In this document: in pieces, positions 40,501-53,789 of the stretch
Layout: the number at the start of each line of letters is the position of its first letter
Position numbering within the stretch: the first letter of the stretch is position 1
Source: Glaucostegus cemiculus
Taxonomy: Eukaryota
DNA: 64,000 nucleotides
Assembly: GCA_976551045.1 (NCBI GenBank)
Contig: CDPCPM010000465.1
Coordinates: forward strand, 2,480,001-2,544,000
Reading direction: 5' to 3'
Position numbers and translations under genes: made by a program
The notes under the pieces: generated by a model
What the model saw: only the letters and a program-made list of their open reading frames with translations
The model's database searches: none
Told to the model about the DNA's origin: nothing

Positions 40501-41564
40501 AAACTGGGGAAGAAGATTAGCAGCACTATTTCTAAGCATATTAAATAAAATTTATAGTAAGTAGATACCATAAATTATCTTAAAAAGGGCAGATTGTTAA
40601 GAAAAGTGTTTGGGACTAATCGTTATGTATTGTTGATGGTACAGGTTTATGGCAAGATAAAGTGGAGGACAAGGAATGAGCCGCTTTAATAAACATTCAT
40701 TAAAATTTCCACGGATATAATCATGGAGTTTAAAAATGGGAAGTATATCTCTCTCACGGATATTCTTTGTAAAACCAGTATTATTGGAAAATAATTACCA
40801 GCAGAGTGTACGCTTTACCAAACTGGATTTTCATAACAGGAGTAAACGTGTGCATTTTAATCTTGTAAATCCAACCCCACGGTTAAAATCCAGAACAGAT
40901 TAATAACTATTTATTTTTATCACGGCCTAAAAACATCGAACTGAATTACCTGAGATGAAATGCCTGAATATTAGAGCTCCCCCCCCCCCCCCCATTTCAA
41001 TGTTCTATACAGATGTTAGCATGATTATAGGAACGAACTTATTCATATTCAATAGGATTTCAAATTGGGAAGACGTGACTATGCCATTCATTAATTTAAC
41101 CACGGTGACACTCTCAGCAATTGCTGGAGTCATGTCTGGTACTGGGACTTTAAAAAACACGTTAATATAAACACGTTGATTTCTAGACGTTAGAAGAAAT
41201 TATGTGCAGTATTTATTGCATTTTTTTCAGATGCAGCATTTTGTCTTCTACTTCTTTGTTCCCAAAAAAATTGCATTCCCTTATTACACATGCGTTTTCT
41301 GTAGCAATGTATTCAAATATCACTCTTTTTCATCGTAATTTTATAAAATATATCAGCACCAGCGCCCAAATATGAGAAGTATGTACACTTATAGAGGTCG
41401 GTTCGGATTAAAAAACCTACCCATAATATGATCATTTTACAATTATTTGTATGGCTCGGTTGCGAATGTGGAATCACAATAGATATTTACGCTGGTTTTA
41501 ATGTTTCCTTTCGTGTATTGAATCATATATTTACATAATATCAACAAAGTGTCCACGCAATTTT

Positions 41565-41567
<3 letters not shown>

Positions 41568-41597
<30 letters not shown>
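41568..41597. repeat. (AC)n microsatellite
   Basis: Direct dinucleotide run. Confidence 0.95.
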
Positions 41598-41599
<2 letters not shown>

Positions 41600-44430
41600 C
41601 AAATCCTCAACACAATTCCTTAATAAAAACAAAACATGCAAGGGATCGAACGCAAGTCTTATTTAGCCACCGTGCTAAGACTGATCTGCAAATATCATCA
41701 GCTCGTCAATACTTCAGTGGCATTCACGAATAAAAACAGTAAATTCTATGCCACACATCGGCGCAAAACATAAGGGCCGATTGGCTGACTTTGATAAAAT
41801 TGATTTCAAGTGGAAAATGTGACAGTCCGCCGCTTGTAATCCGGCCCCACACCCCTCACACACACCCACTTTCTGTCTTTTTTTTTAGCCTTTTTTGCTT
41901 TCTTCCCGTCTCACTTTTCTCCTTTTTTTGTGTGTGTGTGCTCAGAGCTCCAACAAATAAAGATGTGACTGATCTGTCAGTGAAAGATTAGCTTTTGGAA
42001 AGTAAATATTTTGATGGTTTTTAAACAGAGGGCCCATTGCGTGCCAGATCGCGGCGCCGCCAATCCCTTTTTAATCAACTCGTTCCAATTCAATTAAAAA
42101 TCCCACTTCCAAAGCCGGGACCTGCAGGATACGCCACTTTCTCCTCACCTCACGACCTGACATTGGGAAAGGGAGGGGGTGGCGGGGGAGAAAATGTCCA
42201 AAATATGGTACTATCTGGATTTTGCAACCGGAAATGATCTGCTCTGGTTTGATCTCTGTTGAAGTGTATGCTTTATACTACTCACGAATTCTGGCTAATC
42301 CTCAATCAAACTAGGGAGACCATTCCCCAAAGAAAAAAAGACGCCCTACTCGACCCCGCAAGCAGTCTACGGCATAAACTGATAACATAAAGGAGGGCTT
42401 CTTTTTTTTTAAACAGTGCAAACTTTGACCTTTGTTTAGTGGAAACCAGCTGGTCATGTTTGGAATATGTTACTTTTGAAGTTTCTAGGAAGGGGAGTAA
42501 TTATTTTACCTTCACATTTCTTCAAAATACTTGACCAATGGCTCCTTAACAATAAGCATCTATCCTTTGTGTTCAGGGGTAGAAAAGAACTTCAGTTTAC
42601 CAGCAGAAGGGGAAATGTAATAACGTTGTGAGTGCTCTCAATTGTTCTGAATGGGAATCTGATTTGGAATGGGATTATTTCAAAATATTTCAGGGCCGCT
42701 GTGTAAACTTTTAGGAAATACTTGCAATTGAGATTGTTCCACGTTTTAATCAACATTGTCAGGGATAAAAATAAAATAGCCATCGTTCAAGTGTATTCCT
42801 GATCTGAAAAAAGATACCGCTGGAAACCGTTAGCATTAACACTTGCCGGTAAGAAAATGTGAATTCAACGAAACTGACGCATGTGCGCAGAAAAACGTTA
42901 GAGGGATGCAAATTACCCCAGAGAGATCCGTAAACAGACATAATAATGCGTAAAGAATTTTGTTGCTACAATTAATTTGGCGGTTCTGGGGATTCTTTGG
43001 GGATATTCGTATGACTTAGCCCGAGATTTACCCCACTTTGTATATGATGTCTTTGTCCAAAGCTATTCCTGGGGGCCGTGTGTTGGGGGTGTGTGTGTGT
43101 GTGGGGGGGGTGTACTCAGGTTTAAATACATGTCAACCACGTTCCTCCTCGCTACTAGATCGAGTAACAATGTAATGAGTTGAAACATACACGCTACTTA
43201 TCAAATCAATGATCTTCCCGCAATTTATACTTTCTTGCTGAATCCGATGTATTTATAAGTAGTTTTGTTACAGAGCGTGGTTCATACATAGAATGGCGAT
43301 TGACTGGGCAATTCAGATTTTCGCAAATTATTCAATGTATTTCAATGTATATTGCCAGTATCGCGTGTAAAACACATATTGTTACAGTGACAATATATAT
43401 ATATCAGCCATAATATGATAGTTGGGATATGTTGTTGCAGGAATAAACAATTTTTTGACTGGTTTTAACATTTTAACCATTCAATTATTAATGCTGCAAC
43501 CTTTGGTAAATCTGAAGCAACTTGCCCCATGACGGAAAGGCTAAAATGTTTCGAACGGCTGCATCTCTCCCAGTCACGCAGAACGTGTCCATACGAGACA
43601 TTGACAAAATAAATCTAAAAATACCGCCGTTTAAATATTAAATCAAGGAATAATTGTATCTATAAATTTTCCAAGATCCTGTTTTATTATTGCTCAATAT
43701 GCGATTCACAAATGGCCGAGCAAAATAAAAACCTGTTTCAATGCAGGCGGCCGGCACTAACGGCGATTCTTTCCCTGAGTTTGTTGTTCTGCTCAGAAAT
43801 AATTAACCGTGGTTCTCTCCTTTTGCTTAATTTGGAATTACTAGAGTATGATGGCGCGCTGAAGTTGACCCCAGACAGATGTTACGGCGTGTCCAGACTA
43901 CGTACAATGAAACCTAGTCGAGCCACAGTGTTAAATTAATATTGTGATAAGGCGCCAGCTCATTCTGCACCTAACCCAACAGAATCTCCTCTTTCAATTT
44001 GCTTCCTTTCTGAATTTAAATTGTAATCCGAGCGACTGAAAGGTATGGTCACTTGCAGCCTTGTGAGAACCCCGACTAGATTATCAAAACCTTTGTTTAA
44101 AACTTGACAGTCGGGGGCAGATCAGGAGGAAAGTGACAGGCGCAGTTGATAATGTTCATTGAGAACAATGAACCTCCGTTTGCTGGTTCGCCGAGGGCCT
44201 TATAACCTGAACATCCACTAGAGGTCGCGGGATCCAGCATGAATGGTTCCCTTCTAATCAACGACGCTATTTAGCAGTGGGACACATTTTCCTTCCAAAT
44301 TGTCAACCTTTCTGATTTTGATTCTGGGGAGATGGATCAGCTCTCAGCTCTTCTCCCCTCACTCTTTCCTACCCTTGACCCTGAAAAGCTGCATCCATTC
44401 GCATGTGCGGTTAGAATATAATTAACTCAC

Positions 44431-44557
44431 CGCTGCTGTCCTGGTGAACTTTGCAGATGGTCTCTCTTTGTGGGGTCCCGGAATCCGAGAGAGTCATAGG
44501 GCTGTGATCGGGAGCGTCCGAGTCGGTCAAAACCCCGCTCGACAGGTTATATTCCAT
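44431..44557 (-). CDS. pitx3: Pituitary homeobox 3, first canonical coding exon (exon spans 44431-44571; absent from the ORF track)
   Basis: Manual translation MEYNLSSGVLTDSDAPDHSPMTLSDSGTPQRETICKVHQDSS resembles the Pitx3-specific N-terminus (L-T-D-S...LSDSGTPQ...CK). Acceptor 'ttacttttgcag|' lies 14 nt before the ATG; donor 'g|gtgagt' is phase 1. The three exons total 897 nt, or 298 aa plus stop. Confidence 0.92.
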
Positions 44558-46395
44558 TCGATGTGCCTGTACTGCAAAAGTAAAACGCAATTCACATTTC
44601 AGTCAATCTGCAAATTCAGTCTAAACAAAGACTTCCCCTTCTTCAATTCTCTCTGCGCGGGCATCTTGCCTTTGTTGGGATTGTTAAAAATGGTACAGTT
44701 AAAATCTTTACGTGAGAGTTTATCATTTTAAAAAATCTATAACTCAGGATGAAAACACCACACATTACGCCACGTTTCTGGTTTAGAGCTTACATCTCAA
44801 TCTTGAAAGCAGGGTGACCAGAATACCGTCGTTGCTGGTTAACTAAATCACATTCGTTCTCAATCCTTAATTCTTCTTAATCTTTCTCGTTCGAATGACT
44901 GTAACTCACAGCGGAGCCTGCCGCAGAGAGAAGTTCAAATGGGATGGTCTTCCAGCCCGCGCAAATCGTGGCGAGAATCACTAATCGATTTCCATCCTTA
45001 TCAATAACAACTATGTTTAACATTTATAAACACGACAGGTAACTTAATATAATTACGTTTTCATTAGAATCTGAATTTCTTCACTGTGGTTCACAATATT
45101 AACCAGCTTTCCTTAAAAAAAGATTTTTTTAAAAATCTCAAGCAGCTAGCGACGGACTTTTTATTAAATATGTTTCGCTATTAATGTGGTTTTCATTGGA
45201 TCATATTCCACACTTCACAGTGAAATGAATGAACTAAAATCTGAGGGAACGCATTGTAATTGTAATTAAATGTTGCGTTAAATTCGATAAATAGTGGTCG
45301 TTGTACCTTTTACATTTTTTACTATCAAGAAAGCTGAGATTTATTCCTTTTGTAATGGCGAATCTTGTCTCCAAGAGCACGTGTCTATAGTTTGTCTACA
45401 TGTTAGAGAATGAATTCCGTGAAATAATTTATTGGGTGTGAAGCGTTTTGAAATGTTGCTATTGACGTGATTTAAAAAACGGTGTAAATATAAGTGGTTT
45501 CTACAAATATATAAACTCAGACAGCTATCGGGGGTAATCTGCAGGCAGTTCCAATGTTTGAGGTGAAGTATAGATGACAGTCTTGGTTACAAACAATGCA
45601 TTTCAACGAATGGAGCTTTTGGTTTATTTAGTGCATTACAAGGGTTCAAAACATGCGGCATATCACGCAGCTCCCCCGACAATTTGACTAGACAGCAACT
45701 TTGTTCTGTTTGGTGAAACTTCATTCCAAAGGCAAGAGCTTTTAAATATTTTCGAAACAGACCGCAACTAAGCCTTATCGAAATCGTATCTATCTGGCCC
45801 ACATTATTAAAATCATATTTAAAAACACGCATTCATATACTATCTGCTTACAATTTCAGGTTCCATAAGGCGTTGCAAGCTGTTAAAGTCGTTAAGATTT
45901 CTGCACTGCCAGTTTCATGGTTTGACTTGTTCCTAACTTCAGTGCTGTGAATATTCTTGTTTTGCATTATGTTTTTTTCTCTCTGGCAGAATTATTTTGA
46001 TTCCCTCCTTCCCTCTCCCTCCAAACCCTTTGCCCAGTTTCAACTTTAGGTATTTACAGTTGTCTGTGAAAATCAGCACAACATTATATTCGCACCTTGT
46101 GTCAAAACTTTAATGTGTATTTAAATATATCCCAACAAAAGCCAATTGCAGTGAAATTCTAGACCACCATATCTGATAGAGCGATGTTATCTTAATTTAG
46201 GGGGAAACAATGAAGTGGGAGTTCTAAACATGTGTTATCTATCGCCCACACTTGGCCTTTGATTAAAACGCCAATTGCATAAAGAAAGGCCATGCACGTT
46301 AAATATTATATCCTTCAATCCACGAAGTCAGGTGCTTCCCTTTGCGACTAAACACATAGGTATGCTTTTATACAATCTGCTAACATCTTCTACGG

Positions 46396-46417
46396 AGAGA
46401 GAGTAAGAGAGAGAAAG

Positions 46418-46462
<45 letters not shown>
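46396..46462. repeat. (GA)n microsatellite, imperfect at its 5' end
   Basis: Direct dinucleotide run. Confidence 0.9.
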
Positions 46463-46465
<3 letters not shown>

Positions 46466-48176
46466 ACGCGCCGTGAATTAATTTCTTGGATTAAGATTTG
46501 ATTAAGATGTGTGTCAATTTGCCGTCCCATAACTTATTAAGATGCGGCGGCTCCCGGTCTGTCCCTATATATACATATAGATATAGATATAGAGGGAGCA
46601 GATGGAATTTTGACGGAATGTTTGTAGATGATAATTTCAGCTCTTCTGCCCCCATTTGCATCTGATTGCATCTGTCAGGCGCGGTTCCTTTCTCCAGAAC
46701 TGCCTGTCTCGGGGTGGGGTGGGAGGGGGGTTGTGGGGGATGTCGGGTCATGTAGATCAGCAACAGCTTCATTTAATTCCAAGTCACATTTATTATCCAA
46801 TCTGTTTGGTCGCATTAATATTCAATATAGAGTCGAGTCGGAGCATTATTCGTGTTCCTGGGGCGTTGTGGAGTTAATTTAATGCGCTGAAAGAAGATCT
46901 TGCCCCAGTCACCCCATCGTGTGTGGACAATAGTGGACACTTTTAAGGGTTCAAACAAGAACATCAGCAGCCCGCTTAAAAACAGCGGCATTTACATCTG
47001 TGCAGCTAATGTTTCTGGAAATGCGCTTTGATCTGGAAATTCAAAGTTAATTCACTGACTGATTAATTGGTTAGTAACTGCGCATCAGTAAAACACAGGG
47101 AAATAAATGCATGGCGTGGACATTGAATGCGACCTTTTCAGTGCATCGCTTACCAAGTACTTGATTTCTCATTTTTCCCCCCGGTGAAAGGGCCCACTGG
47201 ATGCTCCCTAGCCCGGGACTGGTGGCATTGTACAGTGTGCTCCAGATGTACACCATCACACACCATTAACAGGCCTCTATGTACAATATCTGTCCATCAT
47301 TCGAATTTAACAGAACTACAGAGGTGATGGTGCTTGATTTAGGAATGTTACCAATTAATATAATTTGACCTCCCTTGGTGTTGTTGTACCCAAAATACCG
47401 CCAGCAGGGAGTCTATCCGAATAGAAGACGTCTGAAATGGAAAGTGAGCCAATGTGGAATTCATAATTAATATTAATCTAATAACCCGCGTTATTTTTTC
47501 TTATTAAAGAGCAGGTCTTTTAACAGGGTCGTTTTCTCATGGTGTACAGAAATAATAACATTTGGGAAATTTGCTTTATCTTTCATTAAGCGTTTCTTCT
47601 TTTTAACTCGAAAATATCGCTCCTTGGTCGAAAATAACGTTTTTTTTTATATTTTGATGGAGCAATGTTCAATATCTCGGCAGATCATGTTTAATCTGTT
47701 GATTTTATTATGCTCAAAAACTATCTCTCGCTTGCATACCTCTTTTGACATTTCATGTATGCGGGAGTTTCATTTTTTTCACACGGACATTTATTCGTAC
47801 TCAAATAAAAGATAGTTCGTAAGAAAATAATTTTGAGAAATAATTTACATGCTGTTCTTTCATTTCCTTCTAATAATCTGTTCAATCAACATGAACAATT
47901 AATTTCGTTAAGTGTTGGTATTATAAGCCAACCGGGGAAACGTTTCCCGTGACGAATTCGTTGCAAGTTTTATTTATTTGTTAAATCCTGTGCGTTTATG
48001 CAGTCATTCAACTCCAAACGTTTATCTTAATAGCCGCTTCTATGGATACGAATTGGTACAAGCTATATATTGTAAATATAAACTGACACCTTTTTTTGCT
48101 CTAAGCATTAGACATTCGCCCCTCATTGTGGTTTGAATCTAGGCATGCCGAGCTATCGAACTGTGCAGACACTTAC

Positions 48177-48290
48177 CGCTCATGCTTGTAAAAGCAGCCT
48201 TGCAATTAACTAGTTATATCTTCTCGTAAAACACAGCGCTTGCGTACCCAGGATCATTGCAGTGTTTATTTAAAATCCGGATTGGTAGGG
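48177..48290 (-). promoter_or_regulatory. pitx3: Candidate pitx3 promoter and short first exon
   Basis: On the minus strand: CCAAT (48281-48285), TATA-like ttttaaataaa (48265-48275), then donor 'gcg|gtaagt' with the exon ending at 48177. Confidence 0.45.
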
Positions 48291-51200
48291 GGGTTCTACA
48301 AACCCCATCCCCTCCTTTTTTTACAGAACAAATGCCCGTGTTGTGTCTGGTACCTTCTCCAAGCTGTATGTTGCCTCTTGCAGTAAATGTGTGGAAAATC
48401 TGCGGATCTTATACAGGGTCTCCCGTGGCTAGGGCGCACCTGCTAGCCATCAATTTTCCACCCGAACCCACCCGGCACAATCGTGAAAGATTTCTTTTGT
48501 TCCCCGTCCAGCCACACACGGACAGCAGAATATATTTCTATGTTATTTGAAGAAGCAGTTACTCTTTCTTGGGCCTACCTGGAATGGATATGAAGGTGGG
48601 TGTCAGAAACCAACCCGCCCTGCCTCTGATGCATTCAATAAGTCTTGGAATTCACCCGAAATAAGGCAGCTGCCGTATCTTCGACAGACAACCCCCTTAA
48701 TTACTCTAAGGAAGACAAAAATGTTTTACAACTGCTAAAAATGCCACACATTTTAAAACTATTTGGCCCAATTTTATTTCTCTGTCTCTTCATATTTTAA
48801 TAATGGCTTAAAATTCTTCGGTCCAAGTTCATTTTTTAAAATAGAGATTTCGGTAAACTAAATGTCAGAAAAGCAACGATTATTCAAATCCCGGTCGTGA
48901 GTCTGGCGGCTCTTGTTGTGTATAAGACGGAAGAATGTATACTGGTAGATTCGCAGCTGCCCTCTTACAGAAACGGTGACATAATTTCAAGAGAATGTTA
49001 CTTTTGAACAAACACTACTCTGTACGTCCACTTAGCACTAAAACAACTTACTTACTGGGTTTTACCATCACAAATATTTTGCAAACTTCTTTATCTCACC
49101 AGCTCTAACATATTTATGATGTTTGTCCCAACTTTTCAGAAGCGCACGCCTATGTTATTGAGGCTGACTTCTTTTTTTGGTACATTGGTTTTCTTCATAC
49201 AAATTTTGTGTCTGGAAACGGGTCCCTAGTTCCTCACAGCGCTCTTTTTGGTCAGCGAATAAAATGACAGTTCCCATTCTAAACCTGTTTCTGGTTATGT
49301 AGTCAAATAATTGGACGGGGTTCGTAAAATCGTTTCCTTCCTGCTGTCGCTATATTTCTTTCTAGAATTTATTAGACTTGACACGCGGAACCGATCGGTC
49401 CGGCCATGACAGCATTAGGTACTAAAAAGATGGGCATGCTGTTAAAAAAACAATCCATTTGCAAACATTTTTAATTTTACCCGCTTGCCAAGAGACGTAA
49501 AATTCGCTTCCAGTCTAAATAGAGAAAGGTTGTAAACCGTGGTTCATTAATCATTCTCAAAATATCCTCCTGTTAACACGCCTTCGATAGCAAGCCCTGA
49601 GCATGGGGGTCAGTTAGGCTTTACGGGGAGTAAATCAGGGACGATGTCGCGCTGTCGGATCACCGCTAATAGGGTCCGGCTTCGAAAATAGTATCGCAAG
49701 AACTCTCCTAAAATCTGTGAATTCAGCCACCGCTAAACCACACACGCGGTCCAAACCTTCGCTTAAAACACATTTAATGCGCACTACAGCTGAACTATAT
49801 TTCATGGATTAAGGGGGATTTCCTGTTTAAGAAATAACGCATTGAATTATATATAATATAGTTACAAATATTAATTGTTGGGATATACAATACAGGCAAA
49901 GGGCAAGGCAACTCAGGAAAAAAAACGAATCTCAAACATTTATCAATGAGAACGTCGATACCGATAATCACTTACAGCAAATCCCTCTTTAAATGAATAA
50001 ATCCGGGGATAGGATAAGTTTACCGAAGATTAGAGGTTCCTGGAGCTGTCAGAATTAAGAGTTCCTTCGAAAACACGCGGCAGGTCCTTGCAGTTGCTCG
50101 GAGAGTCTCGGTGAAACCCAAGCTATGCGATCCCATTTGCTGGAAGGATTGATTTTATGCCAATATCATCGGCTGCTACGGAACGACGCGACCACTGTGT
50201 GAGCTGAGAGGTCCAGCCCACTGGAGTACATTATGTCCCGGCTACCACCCCCACCCTTCCCCGCCCCCACCTCACCCATCCCTGATTCATTCAGAAGAGT
50301 TTAGGGAGATTGGATTGGATCTCTGAATATACACGAGTCCATCGGGCTGAACACTAACAAGTTCACAATAGGGGTAAAATGGCTACTTCTGCACTGAGCA
50401 TCTACCTTTTGCCGATATTGAAGCGTTTGATGTGCAGCTGTTCTTCAGCGTCGCGCGCGGTTATGAAGAGTGATTTAGAAAACTGATTATTTAAAATATA
50501 AACTATAAACTCCGGAACAAGCGATAAAAGAAATTTGCATCTCAACTGATCTCCCAGGGGACAGCCGGTAGGGCGCGTTAAATATTGCACGGTGCATATT
50601 CCCAATAAAAGTATGTGGGACTGGGCAGAATTAAAAGTTTCAAGTCAGTATTATTCTTAAATGTTCTTTGCTAACGTGATTTAAACTAATTGGAAATAAA
50701 TAACATTTGACCATTGATATGAAATGTAAACCAATGAACCTTCCACTTGATTTATTTTCAGATATCTATCTTGACACTTTAATTTCGGATTGTTCGAAAA
50801 ATGGTTCACACTGCCAGAACACCTTATGTCATAATGGCAAAATACTGTTATACGTATCTTCATATCTATCATAGCCAACGTCACACAGTAAAGAATTACT
50901 TTCATTTACGCAGCATCTTTGACATTATTTTTAAGACGTCCCAGAATACTTATTGAACTTATAAACAATTTTTAAAAATCACAGTGTCGCAAACGCGCGG
51001 ACCAATTTACACACAAGCTTGCACAAGTACGATCATGGCCAGATAATCCATTTTGTTATAGGGATTGGGTTGAAATAGTGACACTATTTATGCCCCTTGT
51101 CTTTTTTTCTCCCAAATAGTACAATGGGATCCGAAAGACAGGATCTGTGTCCCTACTGGGATTTTGCATTCAAGTATCTGGAGTGGGATTGAAGCCGGAC

Positions 51201-51469
51201 CCTTCAGATGATAGGATTCGTTGACGAGGTGAGCAGTGTTTGCAGTTCTTAGATTTATTCCGCCAATACGCCTGCTTATTGTTTCTGTTAGTGCATTACA
51301 AAAATGGCACAGGCAACATTTCATTATGTGCCACGTCATTCCTTTAAGTGCCAACATTGATTGCACAGAGTTCAAGGTTCACTGTGGATTGAGCAGAGTT
51401 CACAGCTGGGGCATTGGATCAGACATAAACAAAGAAATACCAATGCAAAAAGAGGTCCAAGGAGCAGAG

Positions 51470-52165
51470 TGCGCGCTGATCGGCTATAAGCCCGACAGGT
51501 TGCAGTGAGTTGTCAAGGCTCCCCGGCCCGGCTCAGCCCGGCCCAGCCCGGCCCGGCCCAGCCCGGCCCGGCTCAGCCCTCGCTGCTCGCACTGCGCCAG
51601 TTTGAGGAAATACCAATTACAGAGCCTTGTCCCAACGGCCTTTGCGAAACACTGTCGGCTCTATCTAACTTGCTAACTAACATCCCGCCTTGGCACTGTG
51701 GTGATTGGTCAAATCTGTCCGCTGGGAAGCCGTCGATTGGCTCCCGCGAACCGTAGGTCCGGGCGGCCGTCAGCAGGTTAGGTCGGCGTCCGCCTACCAC
51801 GTCACGCAGGCCGCGCCGGTTCCTGGGGCCCCGGGCAGCCGCTTCCTCTGCCCTAACGGCTGGCTGGCTGGCTGGCTGCTGTCGGGGCCGGGCCGGGCCT
51901 GTAGTTGGGAGCTCGGCCGCTGGCGTGTGTTGATGTCCGAGGCAGTTAGTGAGGCGGCGTCAGTCGGTGTGCCGCTGCCCATCACCGGCCGCCCCGGTGT
52001 CCAGGCCGCCATTTTGGATGTTGGAAGTTGCCCCGGGGGGTAAGTCGGTCGGTCTCAGGCCGTGTGTGTGTGTGTGTGTGTGCGCTGGTAATCCTGCCAC
52101 CCCCCCGTTACCCCCTCACAGCCCCGGCCCCATCACGGGGCAACCCCCAGGAGTCCGTGGTCTGA
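51470..52165 (+). promoter_or_regulatory. gbf1: CpG-island promoter and first exon of gbf1 (exon ends at 52039)
   Basis: Very GC- and CpG-rich; inverted CCAAT boxes near 51704 and 51736; CCACGTCA at 51797; YY1 motif gccgccattttg at 52005-52016; donor 'ggg|gtaagt' at 52040. Confidence 0.75.
51521..51580. repeat. GC-rich pentanucleotide repeat (GCCCG/GCCCA/GCTCA)
   Basis: About 11 imperfect 5-bp units in the intergenic promoter region. Confidence 0.9.
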
Positions 52166-52539
52166 TTTGTCCCTTTACTTTTTCCCTGTTTGCACCACTC
52201 AGCCAGACCTCCATCCAAACCAGAGGACTGGGCAGTGGCGAAGGCCTGCTCCTGGTCACAGCCTTGGAAGAGACCCCAGTTGGTGTGGATGTGGTGGGAA
52301 TTTAATGGAATATTCTCAAGGGATGAGAGACTTCATTTACGTGGAGGGGATGGGGGTTTGGGTTGGCCTCAGGCTCCAGATTCAAACTAAGGATCATACA
52401 AGCCCCGCAATTTAAAGGCAGTTGGGGAAGGGCAGTAAATGCTGCTTCTGTCATCTGCTGTGAACGAATAGTAAAAGTAGAGAAGGCTTTGATTTAACAG
52501 ATGTACTTGAAATCCTGAATTGTTTTGATAATAATAGAT

Positions 52540-52830
52540 GAAGAGGATTGATTCTTCTGGCAAACGTGTCAGTAACTGGACTAGGCAGATAGGTAGAAGA
52601 CCTGGAGGTGACCTGAAGCATTTAAGCTGTGATCATAAACACACTGCCTGAAAGGGTGATGAGAGCAGATTTGATGGGAACTTTCTGAACAGAATTGGAC
52701 AGGTATTTAAAAGGAGGAAATTGTAGTGTATTGAGGAAAGAGGAGAGGAATAGGGATAATTAATTAGTGTTATCAAGAACCAATGAAGGTGTGATGTATT
52801 GAATGATGTCCTGCTGTGATTTGTTCCTAT
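52540..52830 (+). mobile_element. Old CR1 3' fragment
   Basis: 'acacactgcctgaaagggtgatgagagcagatt...gaattggacaggtatttaaaagg'. Confidence 0.55.
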
Positions 52831-53084
52831 ATTATGACAGCAACTTAAATTCTACACTGTGCCATTATTCTAATGAAATGCCCCAAGATTTTTGCCTATT
52901 GTACACAGTGCCACCTGGTTTATGCTTCTTATGAGCCTCCTTTGCACTCTTCTTCAAGTAACTCTTAATCAGGACATAATTGGGTATTTTAAAATGGGTC
53001 AATCATTTAATCCACACACATTAATATAGAATAAGCAACAGCTTTGAACATTTGATAATTAATGTTGATATCTTCTCATGAATA

Positions 53085-53430
53085 GTTCAATGGCCAGCAC
53101 CTTCATCTATGAGGTAGAAGGTTATTTATTTAAGACAGAGGACAAAATCTAGACTGACACTTTATGCTGTCAGAGGTAGTCTTTCAGATGAGACACTTCT
53201 CCACTCTTGGATTGACATGGCTGTGTTTGAAGAACAGCTGAGGATTTGTCCCTATTGTATAGGCCAATATTTGTGTTATCAACATTAGCTAAACAAGTTA
53301 TTTAATCATTCACACTTGGGACCTTGCTATATTTATATTGACGCTGTATTTTGTATTTTATAACTGTTCAAAATTACTTCATTTGTCTTTAGAGTGCTTT
53401 GGGACATGCTGAGATTGTGAAAAGTGTGAA
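53085..53430 (+). mobile_element. Deu-domain SINE, near full length but decayed
   Basis: 'ctgacac...tgtcagaggtagtctttcagatgagac...gaagaacag...ggccaatattt...tgctttgggacatgctgagattgtgaaaag'. Confidence 0.65.
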
Positions 53431-53789
53431 ATGTAATCTGGGCCAATACACATAGATTTGTGATTTACATAGATGGGGCTGACAGTGATTGTTGTTGTTT
53501 TTACCTGGTCAGTAGTATTTCAGGGAGCTCATTAATCCTTTATCACTATTACATGCCATTGGTCTCTTAGAAGAAATTTCTCAATTTTCCATAAACCAAT
53601 GTTCATTTGTTGCTATTACCTTGTACTCATCGCCCCTGTAATCGATGACCCATTCTGCTTCCCAGTTACACTCTTATCACAACTAGAATTATCTCCTTTT
53701 CTATCTCACCTTGTCTTGCCCTTCTATTTCTGTAACCTATTCCAGCTTTACAGATCAGTAAGACTTGTGTCACAAATTTCTTTTATTTA

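Noticed and set aside
46711-46740. G-quadruplex-capable tracts here and at about 50247-50282
   Set aside because: Such tracts are common in GC-rich vertebrate regulatory DNA and nothing indicates a specific role.
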